Below are positions 24,381 through 32,000 of a stretch of DNA of 32,000 bases, in pieces (position 1 is the first letter of the stretch; every line of letters starts with the position of its first letter). The position numbers and the translations under genes are program-made. Below the pieces are notes generated by a model. It had not been told where the DNA came from. It did not search any database and saw nothing but the letters and a program-made list of their open reading frames with translations. This stretch comes from Chloroflexota bacterium (GTDB lineage Bacteria > Chloroflexota > JAHJIN01), in the NCBI GenBank assembly GCA_018823415.1, contig JAHJIN010000418.1:1-32000 (forward strand), read 5' to 3'.

Positions 24381-25451
24381 ATGTACAAAAAGCTCTTTAT
24401 CCCCGGTCCCACCCACGTGCGCGACGAGATCCTCCAGGCCCAGGCCGCTCCCATGATCGGCCACCGCGCCAAGGAATACTCGGACCTCCAGGCCCAGGTC
24501 ACCCCCAAGCTCCAGGAAATGCTGCACACCCGGCAGCGCGTCTATCTGTTCGCCAGTTCGTCTACCGGCGTGATGGAAGGCTCGGTGCGGCAGGCCAGCC
24601 TCAAAAAAGTGCTGTGCACCGTCTGCGGCGCCTTTTCCAAGCGCTGGTACGAGATCACCGTGGCCAACGGCGTGCCCTGCGACAAGCTCGAGGTGCCCAT
24701 GGGCGAGGCCATCACCCCGGCGCTGGTAGACAAGGCCCTGAGCAGCGGCGAGTATGACGCCATCGCCGTCGTATACAACGAGACCTCTACCGGCATCATG
24801 AACCCGGTCCCCGAAATCGCGGCCCTGGCCCATGAAAAGTACCCGGACGTGCTGATCCTCGTCGACGCCGTGAGCTGCATGGCCGGCAAGGACATCCTGT
24901 TCGACGAGTGGGGGCTGGACGTGTGTCTGGCCGGGGTGCAGAAATGCTTTGCCCTGCCCGCGGGCCTTACCGTCTGCGCCGTGAGCGACCGGGCCATGGA
25001 GCGCGCCCGTCAGGTTCCCAACCGGGGCTATTACTTTGACTTTGTGGAACAGGACAAGTATTATCAAAAGAACCAGACCCCGGCCACGCCGGCCATCAGC
25101 CTCATCCAGGCGCTCAACGTGCAACTGGATGCTATCCTGGCCGAAGGCACCGCCGAGCGTGAAGCCCGGCACCGCGAGATGGCCGAGATCGTCCGCGCCT
25201 GGGCCAAAAAGAATTTTGGTCTCTATGGCGACGAGGACTATCTGTCCGTCACCGTCACCAACATTGCCAACACCCGCGGCATCAGCGTGGGCGACCTGAA
25301 CAAGGAACTGGGCAAGCGCGGGGCCATGATCTCCAATGGCTATGGCGCCCTGAAGGAAAATTGCTTCCGCATTGCCCACATGGGCGATTTGCAAGTCTCG
25401 GACATCGAGTGGCTCCTGTGCCAGATCGATGACATTCTGGGTTTGGCATAA
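24381..25451 (+). CDS. Class V aminotransferase (serine-glyoxylate / phosphoserine aminotransferase-like)
   Basis: Start at MYKKLFIPGPT (AAGGAAGGAG RBS). PLP-lysine context GVQKCFALPAGL. 356 aa. Adjacent to serA-like. Confidence 0.85.
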   Translation: MYKKLFIPGPTHVRDEILQAQAAPMIGHRAKEYSDLQAQVTPKLQEMLHTRQRVYLFASSSTGVMEGSVRQASLKKVLCTVCGAFSKRWYEITVANGVPCDKLEVPMGEAITPALVDKALSSGEYDAIAVVYNETSTGIMNPVPEIAALAHEKYPDVLILVDAVSCMAGKDILFDEWGLDVCLAGVQKCFALPAGLTVCAVSDRAMERARQVPNRGYYFDFVEQDKYYQKNQTPATPAISLIQALNVQLDAILAEGTAEREARHREMAEIVRAWAKKNFGLYGDEDYLSVTVTNIANTRGISVGDLNKELGKRGAMISNGYGALKENCFRIAHMGDLQVSDIEWLLCQIDDILGLA

Positions 25452-25487
25452 GTGACCAAAACCTATCTCAACGAGGAGGTGACAGCA

Positions 25488-26402
25488 ATGAAGCTGCTTG
25501 TTTGTGATCCGACAGATCCCCAAGCCGTCGCCCGGATGCGCGAGGCCGGGATAGACGTGGACGTGCGCGACGACATTACCCCGGAGGACCTGTCCACCGC
25601 CATCGTCGACTATGACGCCATGGTCGTGCGCTCTCGCACCCGGGTCCCGGCGGCCCTCATCGACAAGGCCGCGAATCTCAAGCTCATCATCCGGGGCGGC
25701 GTGGGGCTGGACAACATTGACGTGGCATACGCCGAGTCAAAGGGCATCGAGGTGCGCAACACCCCGGCGGCCTCTTCCAACTCGGTGGCCGAGTTGACCA
25801 TCGGCTATCTGTTCGCCCTGGTGCGACCCATCGCCCAGGCTACGGACTCGATGAAGGCCGGGCAGTGGGAGAAAAAGGCCTTCAGCAAGGGCCGCGAGCT
25901 GGACGGCAAAACCCTGGGGCTGGTGGGCTGCGGCCGCATCGGCAGCCTGGTGGCCCAGAAAGCGAGCGCGCTGGGGATGGACGTGATCTTTTATCGCCGT
26001 ACTGCTTGCGAGATGCCCGGCGTCACCCAGGTCTCGCTAGATGAGCTATTGGCCCGCTCTGATTTCATCTCGCTGCACGTGCCTCATACGCCAGAGACCC
26101 ATTACATCATCGGGAAAGAGGCCTTGGGCAAGATGAAAGACGGCGTTTATATCGTCAACTGCGGCCGGGGCGGCACCATCGACGAGGCCGCCCTGTACGA
26201 GGCCCTCGTCAGCGGCAAGGTGGCCGGCGCAGCATTGGATGTGTTCGAGGACGAAAAGGAGGAACGTGGCCGGCGGTTCGCAGACCTGCCACAGGTCATC
26301 GGCTCGCCGCACATCGGCGCCGGGACCAAAGAGGCCACGGCCCGGGTCGGCGGCGAGGTCGCCGACATTGCCATCGAGTATTACCAGGAGCATTTCGCAT
26401 AA
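25488..26402 (+). CDS. serA: D-3-phosphoglycerate dehydrogenase-like 2-hydroxyacid dehydrogenase (short form, no ACT domain)
   Basis: Start at MKLLVCDP (GAGGAGG RBS). NAD motif GLVGCGRIGSLVA. Catalytic region NCGRGGTIDE...SPHIGAGT. Confidence 0.82.
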   Translation: MKLLVCDPTDPQAVARMREAGIDVDVRDDITPEDLSTAIVDYDAMVVRSRTRVPAALIDKAANLKLIIRGGVGLDNIDVAYAESKGIEVRNTPAASSNSVAELTIGYLFALVRPIAQATDSMKAGQWEKKAFSKGRELDGKTLGLVGCGRIGSLVAQKASALGMDVIFYRRTACEMPGVTQVSLDELLARSDFISLHVPHTPETHYIIGKEALGKMKDGVYIVNCGRGGTIDEAALYEALVSGKVAGAALDVFEDEKEERGRRFADLPQVIGSPHIGAGTKEATARVGGEVADIAIEYYQEHFA

Positions 26403-26414
26403 CAGGAGGAGCAC

Positions 26415-27740
26415 ATGGCGGTTATCAAACCGTTCCGGGGCCTGCGTTACAACCCGGCGCGCATCCCCGACCTTTCGGCCGTTATCACCCAGCCGTATGA
26501 CCGCATCCACGCAGCCGAGCAGGCGAGCTACTATGCCCTGAGCCCTTACAATTTCTGTCGGATCATCCTGGGCCGGCGAACCGCGGCCGATACCGAAGCG
26601 AACAATGTCTACACGCGCGCCCGGTGCTATGACCAGACCTGGCAAGCCGAAGACGTGCTGATGCGCGAGCCCCGGCCGGCCCTGTACGTGCTGGAGCAGA
26701 CCTATACCACGCCCAGCGGCGAGACGCGCACCCGGCGCGGCCTCTGCGCCGCCTTGCAACTGACCGGCTTTGACGAAGGCGTGATCTTGCCCCACGAGCG
26801 CACGCTCAGCGGCCCCAAGGTGGATCGGCTCAACCTGACCCTGGCCACCGCCACGGCCTGGGAGCACATCTTTATCCTGTATCCAGACCCGCACAACCGC
26901 GTCAACGGCCTGGTGGAGCCATTCCTGGCCGCGCACGCGCCGGCCGTGGCCCGCGAGCAGATCATCGAAAGCGCCGTGGAGCAGCGGTTCTGGGTGGTGG
27001 ATGACCCGCAGATCGTGACTGCCGTGGTGGCCGAGCTGGCACCCAAGCGCAACCTCATCATCGCCGACGGCCACCATCGCTACGAGACGGCCCTCAACTA
27101 CCGGGACGAGATGCGACAGCAGCACCCTGACGCACCGGCCGACGCGGCCTTTAACTATGTGCTGGTCACGCTGGTGGGCATGAGCGACCTAGGCCTGGTG
27201 ATCTTGCCCACGCACCGGCTGATCCACTCGTACGGGCAGATGGACGGTCCGGCGGCCCTCGAAAAGGCCCGAGAGTTCTTTGATGTGACGCCGGTCGCGG
27301 ACCGGGCCGCGATGGAGCAAGCCCTGGCCCAGGCCACGCCAGATCATCCCAGCTTTGGCTTTTATGACGGCGCGTACAGCGTGCTCACCCTGCGCGATCA
27401 GGCCGTGCTGGCCCTGTTGCTGCCCGGTCGCGCGCATGACTGGCACATGCTGGACGTGACCATTCTCCACGAGTTGTTCATCGAGCGGGTGCTGGGGATC
27501 GACAAGGGCGCGGTGGAGCGCAAGGAGAGCCTCGACTATCTGCGCGATGCAGAGCCGGGCTATCGGGCCGTGGACGAGGGCCAGGCCCGGTTCTTGCTGC
27601 TCGTCAACCCTACCCGCATCGAGCAGGTGCAGTCTTGCACCGAAGCCAGCGAGCGCATGCCCCAAAAGTCCACCGACTTTTACCCCAAGGTCATCAGCGG
27701 CCTGGTGATGATGCCGGTGCCGGCGGAACCGCTGGGTTAG
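26415..27740 (+). CDS. DUF1015 family protein (function unknown)
   Basis: N-terminus IKPFRGLRYNP, then HERTLSGPKVDRLNL and IADGHHRYETAL, which are characteristic of DUF1015 as I recall the family. AGGAGGAG RBS, 12 nt after serA. Confidence 0.78.
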   Translation: MAVIKPFRGLRYNPARIPDLSAVITQPYDRIHAAEQASYYALSPYNFCRIILGRRTAADTEANNVYTRARCYDQTWQAEDVLMREPRPALYVLEQTYTTPSGETRTRRGLCAALQLTGFDEGVILPHERTLSGPKVDRLNLTLATATAWEHIFILYPDPHNRVNGLVEPFLAAHAPAVAREQIIESAVEQRFWVVDDPQIVTAVVAELAPKRNLIIADGHHRYETALNYRDEMRQQHPDAPADAAFNYVLVTLVGMSDLGLVILPTHRLIHSYGQMDGPAALEKAREFFDVTPVADRAAMEQALAQATPDHPSFGFYDGAYSVLTLRDQAVLALLLPGRAHDWHMLDVTILHELFIERVLGIDKGAVERKESLDYLRDAEPGYRAVDEGQARFLLLVNPTRIEQVQSCTEASERMPQKSTDFYPKVISGLVMMPVPAEPLG

Positions 27741-27779
27741 GAAACAGCCAGTACCGCGAACTCACTGCGAATGTTAAAA

Positions 27780-27813
27780 ACGAGAGGAGCAGGGTTGTCC
27801 CTGCTCCTCTCGT
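27780..27813. terminator. Rho-independent terminator (canonical for the minus-strand gene, also faces DUF1015)
   Basis: ACGAGAGGAGCAGGG - TTGT - CCCTGCTCCTCTCGT. The A5 run on the + side gives a U-tract for the minus-strand transcript. Confidence 0.8.
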
Positions 27814-27828
27814 GTTGAGAGTGGCGGG

Positions 27829-29781
27829 TCAATGGTTCCGCAGAGTCAGGGGCAGGTACAACTGATACGGTGCCACCCGCTGCCCAAAGATGTCCCAGTC
27901 GTCGGCGGTGTATTCCTCACGCCAGACCACCAGGGCGCGCCGGTCCGGCGACCCGGCCGCAACCGGGTCCTCTATCGTGTCCGCACCGGCGTGCCGCACC
28001 AGTAGCCGGGGTCCCACGCTGGTGCCGTGCAGGAGGCGGTGGTATACCCAGTAGCTACTGGGGCTGATCCAGTACGAGACATAGACCACGTGCATCTCGT
28101 TGCCAAAACCAGAATACGCAATGTCCGGCAGGGTATGGCCCGAGTACGAGGGGACATCGGTCTCGATGGCAAAGGCATAGGCCGCATCGTAGCGGAAGGT
28201 GCTCACGTTATACGAGGAACGCACGCGCTGCCCGTGTATGGTATAGCTGGCCGTCAGATACTTGGATCTGAACACCACCACGTAGGCATTTGCCGCCGGG
28301 TCATAGGCCACCGCCGGCGAAGAACAGTCCGTAGTCAGCGGGTCGCTGCCCGAGTCATATGGAGCTATGGTCCACGTGCCATACACCTGAGACCCGCCAC
28401 CCTGGTACGTCTCGTACAGGTAGGCGATGGCGATGTAATCCGGCTCGACTTGATCCGGTGGCCGTTCTCGATGCCACGCCGCCAGGAATGTGTTCCCCCC
28501 GCTGCCCCAGGCCACGTCGGGGTCGTGCGCGCTCCCACTGACGTGATTCCAGATCTGGAACCCGGCGCTCAGGAGAAGGGGAGAGACGGAACCAGAACCC
28601 AGCATCCGCCCATACACCATGTAGGTGCTGCGGAGATAGACCACAGCGAATTGGCGGTCATTGGCGTTGTAGGCCACCGCCGGGTCGTATTCGTCGGCGG
28701 CGTCGCCGGCGATCATCGTGGGCTCCGTGGCCGGCATCTGCGAGCCGCTGGATTGATAAGACCCATACACCAGCCGGCCGGCGACGTTGCGGCTCCCCAC
28801 GTTACCATCCTCATAAACCACCAGGAAGCGGTTCTGATAGGCATCATAGGCCACGTCCGGCGCGGCCTCCCGGCCCGTGCCCTCTGCGACGTAGAAAAAG
28901 CTACCCAGTAACGCGCCGGTGGTCCCATTCACGAACCGGCCCAGGATGTTGCCGTTGCCAGAGCTGCTTTCGAACACCACCAGGTATTGGCCGGAGGCGG
29001 TCGAGTAGGCCACAGCCGGATTGTTCTGGTCCATGCTGAGGTTGCCCACGTTGATGATCCCGCCCTCCAGGCGCGGGTCGATGGTCACCGGGTAGACGGC
29101 CCCGGCCAGCCAATCGCCGGGCACGGTGATGGTCACCTGGTTCCCATCCAGGCTCAGCGGGGCCGGCGTCTCGCGCCCGGCGGCATCATAGACCACGGCT
29201 CCGCTATAGCGTACCACGTCGCGTCCCTCGTCGAGAAAGCGAATGCCTTTGAGCGGGTCCACCAGTTCCGGCGCCAACGTGGTCTCGAATTGGCCTATTA
29301 CTGCCACGTCCCCGCCTGATGTCAGCGCTTTCTCTAGCACGAACAACTGCTCCACGTGCCGGTCATCCACTACGTAGCGTTCGGTGACGCCAGCCGGGCG
29401 GTCATAATCGACCTGGTTCTCCCGGACTTGCGGCGTGACCGGCGCGGCGGCCGCACCAACGTGCTCCCCGGCGCGCACCGCCACCAGGCGGTACGTTACC
29501 TGATGGCCGGGCACCAGCACGCCCTCCTCGCGCGGGGCAAAGCGCACGCCCTCGGCCGTGAACTCGACGCGGCGGTACTCGTTGTCGACGACCAGCGTGT
29601 CGCCTTGCGTGTGCACCGCGTTGCGTGAGGCCCGGGCTACCGCTGTCGGATCGAACGGCAGTTCGGCCGATGCGGTGCTCATGGCGCTGGCCCCTGCCGT
29701 GACCGTGGCCAAATCGAGACTGAGCAGCGGCGTCAGAAACAACATCAGCAGCATGGCAATTGACGCATATCGGATCTTCAC
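27829..29781 (-). CDS. Large secreted protein: conserved N-terminal module ending YPVTIDP, seven propeller-like repeats, LYLPLTLR tail (GTG start)
   Basis: GGGAGG RBS plus GTG. Signal peptide MKIRYASIAMLLMLFLTPLLSL. Seven repeats carry P-x-[VI]-A-[YW] followed by a hydrophobic xLVV[FWY] strand. No enzyme motif recognised. Confidence 0.75.
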   Translation of the reverse strand: MKIRYASIAMLLMLFLTPLLSLDLATVTAGASAMSTASAELPFDPTAVARASRNAVHTQGDTLVVDNEYRRVEFTAEGVRFAPREEGVLVPGHQVTYRLVAVRAGEHVGAAAAPVTPQVRENQVDYDRPAGVTERYVVDDRHVEQLFVLEKALTSGGDVAVIGQFETTLAPELVDPLKGIRFLDEGRDVVRYSGAVVYDAAGRETPAPLSLDGNQVTITVPGDWLAGAVYPVTIDPRLEGGIINVGNLSMDQNNPAVAYSTASGQYLVVFESSSGNGNILGRFVNGTTGALLGSFFYVAEGTGREAAPDVAYDAYQNRFLVVYEDGNVGSRNVAGRLVYGSYQSSGSQMPATEPTMIAGDAADEYDPAVAYNANDRQFAVVYLRSTYMVYGRMLGSGSVSPLLLSAGFQIWNHVSGSAHDPDVAWGSGGNTFLAAWHRERPPDQVEPDYIAIAYLYETYQGGGSQVYGTWTIAPYDSGSDPLTTDCSSPAVAYDPAANAYVVVFRSKYLTASYTIHGQRVRSSYNVSTFRYDAAYAFAIETDVPSYSGHTLPDIAYSGFGNEMHVVYVSYWISPSSYWVYHRLLHGTSVGPRLLVRHAGADTIEDPVAAGSPDRRALVVWREEYTADDWDIFGQRVAPYQLYLPLTLRNH

Positions 29782-29831
29782 GGGGGAACCTCCCTTTTCA
29801 TTTACATGGGCTTGCCGGCCGTCGCCGTCTT

Positions 29832-29860
29832 ATTGTACCGGCTGCGTATCTGGCTGTCAA
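29832..29860 (-). promoter_or_regulatory. Sigma-70-type promoter for the 650-aa secreted protein gene
   Basis: The minus strand reads TTGACA-N17-TACAAT. Confidence 0.65.
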
Positions 29861-29879
29861 GGAAGGCGGGGCCATCGAG

Positions 29880-29908
29880 TTGACGGGGGGATAGGCGCGT
29901 GCTATACT
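29880..29908 (+). promoter_or_regulatory. Sigma-70-type promoter for the SBP gene, 7 nt before its ATG
   Basis: TTGACG - N17 - TATACT, then GGGCGGC, then ATG 29916. Confidence 0.6.
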
Positions 29909-29915
29909 GGGCGGC

Positions 29916-30752
29916 ATGAGGACACCAGTGGTGAACACGGACGCAGATTTGCCCGCCAACTCGGGGCCAAACCGCCGCCTGGTCGGGGTCATTGCCCTGG
30001 CCGGCCTGGCGGTGGCGCTGGCCTTGCTCATCCTCTTTTGGCCCCGGCCCCCGGCCGACGACAGCCTCAAATTGGTGCAGGCCCGGGGCACCCTGGTGGT
30101 GGCCGTAGACGCCGCCTATCCGCCCTTTGCCAGTGTCAACGACAAGGGACGCTTTGTGGGCTTTGATCCAGATGTGGCCCGCGAGATCGCCCGCCGCCTG
30201 GGCGTCAAGACCCAGTTTGTGAACGTGGGCGTGGAGGGACTGCTGGATGCCCTCAAGCTCTACAAGTGCGACCTGGTGGTGTCAGCGTTCCCCTACGAGT
30301 ATGGCCTGACGCGCGACGTACTGTTCAGCGAGCCGTACTTTAACGCCGGGCCGCGCCTGGCCGTGCGCCAGGACGAGACGACGATTCGCGGGCCGGATGA
30401 CCTGGCCGGCCGGGTAGTGGCGGTGGAACTGGGATCGGGCGCCGACGGCGCGACGCGCGCGTGGGAGGCCCGAGGCATCCGCCTGATGCGCACCATGTCC
30501 ATGTCTGATACTATCTGGGCGCTGGTGCAAGGGCAGGCCGACGCAGCCGTGGGCGATCCCGTCGCCCTGCGCGCATACAGCCGGCACCCACAGGGCGGCG
30601 GCATCCAGATCGTGGGGAACCCCATCGCCGACGAGGACTATGTGGTGGTGCTGCGCATCCAGGAGCGCACCCTGCGCGACGCGGTGGACGAGGCACTGCT
30701 GGAGATGCGGCAGGACGGCACCCTGGACGAGCTGGTGGATCGCTGGCTGTAA
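29916..30752 (+). CDS. Family 3 solute-binding protein (polar amino acid ABC-type SBP), membrane-anchored, orphan
   Basis: N-terminal TM segment LVGVIALAGLAVALALLILF. SBP_bac_3 pattern LVVAVDAAYPPFASVNDKGRFVGFDPDVAREIARRLGVK...DLVVSAF. An alternative in-frame GTG at 29928 follows GAGGA. Confidence 0.8.
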   Translation: MRTPVVNTDADLPANSGPNRRLVGVIALAGLAVALALLILFWPRPPADDSLKLVQARGTLVVAVDAAYPPFASVNDKGRFVGFDPDVAREIARRLGVKTQFVNVGVEGLLDALKLYKCDLVVSAFPYEYGLTRDVLFSEPYFNAGPRLAVRQDETTIRGPDDLAGRVVAVELGSGADGATRAWEARGIRLMRTMSMSDTIWALVQGQADAAVGDPVALRAYSRHPQGGGIQIVGNPIADEDYVVVLRIQERTLRDAVDEALLEMRQDGTLDELVDRWL

Positions 30753-30771
30753 CCGGACCATCGTCAAACGC

Positions 30772-30806
30772 AAGAAACCCGTCTTTTCCAAAAAGACGGG
30801 TTTCTT
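30772..30806. terminator. Bidirectional rho-independent terminator
   Basis: AAGAAACCCGTCTTTT pairs with AAAAGACGGGTTTCTT (16 bp), followed by TTGTGG. Confidence 0.8.
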
Positions 30807-30812
30807 TTGTGG

Positions 30813-31718
30813 CTAGGGTGTGGCCGTGGGCGGCGGCGCTGTGGGTGGTTCAGTTGGCGGCGGCTGAGTCGGCGGCGCTGTGGGGGGCTGCGTTGGCGGT
30901 TGGGTTGGCGGCGGCTCGGTGGGCAGTGGCGCTGTCGGTTCCGCCGTGGGCTCGGGCGTCACCGGGGTAGCTGTGGGCAGCTCGACGGTGGGCGCGGGGG
31001 TGCCCGGCGTGGCCGTGGGCGGTTCGGTGGTGGGCAATGGCGTTTCTGGCGTAACCGTGGGCGTGCCGGCCGTAGGCGACGGCGTCCCGGGTGTGCCCGT
31101 AGGCGATGGGGTCCCGGGCGTGGGCGATGGTGTCGCCGTGATCCAGACCGGGGTGCCGGTGGGGGCCCAGGTGGGCACTATTGGCGTGGGCGGTGGATAG
31201 CCCGGGATATACAGCCGTTGCCCGACATAGATCTGCGAGACGGACAGGCAGTTGATCTGCATCAGCGTGCCCACCGACGTGCCATAGCGCACGGCCAAGC
31301 CGCTCAGGGTATCGCCTCGTTGGATCACATATACCCAATACGGGCGCGGCGGCGGTGAACAGGGCCGATACGTGGGCACGGCATAGGTGGGCGGCCAGGG
31401 GCCAGCCGTGGGCCAGATGACCGTCGATGTGGGCCAGCCCCACCAGGTTGCCGTGGGGGCCGGCGCAAATGTCGGCTCGCCGGTGGCGATAGGCGTGGGC
31501 GATGGCGTGGCCGTGACCACCTGGGGTGACGGAGTAACCGGGGTGGGACTGGCAGATTGTGAGACGGCAAACCCGTCGGGGTGTTCCGAGTACAAGAGCA
31601 GTACCGCGCTCGCAATGGTGATCAGGACAATGGCCATCAGCCCCAGGCCGGTCAGCAGGCCCAGGGCGCTCTCTTTGAGCCCCCGGCGCTCTTCGGCAAA
31701 GAACTGATCCTGAGACAT
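30813..31718 (-). CDS. Membrane-anchored LysM-domain protein with Pro/Thr-rich linkers
   Basis: TM helix GLLTGLGLMAIVLITIASAVLLLY. LysM domain YVIQRGDTLSGLAVRYGTSVGTLMQINCLSVSQIYVGQRLYIPG. The C-terminal ~110 aa are PT-rich low complexity. Confidence 0.8.
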   Translation of the reverse strand: MSQDQFFAEERRGLKESALGLLTGLGLMAIVLITIASAVLLLYSEHPDGFAVSQSASPTPVTPSPQVVTATPSPTPIATGEPTFAPAPTATWWGWPTSTVIWPTAGPWPPTYAVPTYRPCSPPPRPYWVYVIQRGDTLSGLAVRYGTSVGTLMQINCLSVSQIYVGQRLYIPGYPPPTPIVPTWAPTGTPVWITATPSPTPGTPSPTGTPGTPSPTAGTPTVTPETPLPTTEPPTATPGTPAPTVELPTATPVTPEPTAEPTAPLPTEPPPTQPPTQPPTAPPTQPPPTEPPTAPPPTATP

Positions 31719-31751
31719 GCTACTCTGCCTTTCGCCTGATCAGCGAGATGG

Positions 31752-31774
31752 AGGGCAAATTGCCAATTTGCCCT
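31752..31774. promoter_or_regulatory. Perfect 10-bp palindrome AGGGCAAATT-GCC-AATTTGCCCT upstream of the LysM gene
   Basis: Read directly from the sequence. It shares GTAGGGCAAATTG with the leader at 2147-2159. Confidence 0.6.
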
Positions 31775-31814
31775 ACGTGCCCACACTGGGCTGTTGCCAA
31801 GACGTGGGGATATG

Positions 31815-32000
31815 TTAGTCCTGTTCAGCCGAAACCGCGCCGGCCGGGCCATTCTCTTCCAGGTCGGCCAGGGCTGCGTCGGCGCCCCATTGGCGGCCCC
31901 GTTTGCGGCTGCGCTCGCGAATTTGGCGGATCGCAAGGCGGGCCAGTTCTGGCAACATGGTACCGGACCGGCGCTCTTGATCGGTGGACAGGCGGCGCAG
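31815..32000 (-). CDS. 3' end of an unidentified gene running off the window
   Basis: Open frame in phase with the window edge: ...LRRLSTDQERRSGTMLPELARLAIRQIRERSRKRGRQWGADAALADLEENGPAGAVSAEQD*. It is GC3-biased. No family recognised. Confidence 0.35.
   Translation of the reverse strand: MRRLSTDQERRSGTMLPELARLAIRQIRERSRKRGRQWGADAALADLEENGPAGAVSAEQD

Noticed and set aside
30813-31200. Repetitive GC-rich DNA that looks like a tandem repeat or array.
   Set aside because: It is the coding sequence for the Pro/Thr-rich tail of the LysM protein. The units are degenerate with no spacer/repeat regularity, so it is not CRISPR-like.
31652-31936. 94-aa minus-strand ORF from the track spanning the LysM start and the intergenic palindrome.
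   Set aside because: Its frame conflicts with the LysM N-terminus and crosses an intergenic palindrome. A different frame (31815..32000) that is open to the window edge looks more coding-like.

Overview
GC-rich bacterial chromosomal window with strong GC3 bias, so every real gene has long spurious antisense or shadow ORFs. Gene content and style (type 2 IPP isomerase, Pro/Thr-rich LysM envelope protein, TTGACx-N17-TAnnAT promoters) suggest a Chloroflexota-like organism; this is inference only. The core (6.0-19.7 kb) is a near-complete carbonyl branch of the Wood-Ljungdahl pathway: fhs, then a small Cys-free HMA-like gene, cooS/acsA and acsB, then a promoter-driven unit of CBS-domain gene, acsD, small cupin, acsC, RACo/acsV, cooC/acsF and acsE. 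Flanking genes are two tRNAs (Gly-CCC, Pro-CGG), a 56-aa 2x[4Fe-4S] ferredoxin absent from the ORF track, mazG/yabN-like, rpiA-pgi, uppP plus a degenerate PstS-like lipoprotein, fni plus a polyprenyl synthase, a class V aminotransferase - serA-like - DUF1015 operon, and several exported proteins of unknown function. No CRISPR array, rRNA, transposase or integrase was seen. The most unusual observations are: (1) a shared extreme C-terminal tail (Y-x-LYLPL-x-x-R) on two unrelated secreted proteins, possibly an undescribed sorting tag; (2) a conserved leader element GTAGGGCAAATTG...GCCCTNC...GCTGATNAGG placed 58-59 nt upstream of the start codons of two envelope-protein genes; (3) four GTAGG direct repeats at exact 11-bp spacing between the divergent pgi and fhs promoters; (4) a near-identical promoter block shared by two isoprenoid-lipid loci; (5) uncharacterised accessory genes (HMA-like, CBS, cupin) inside the CODH/ACS cluster; (6) a seven-fold repeat, propeller-like secreted protein. 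All functional calls rest on motif recognition by eye, and no database search was run.
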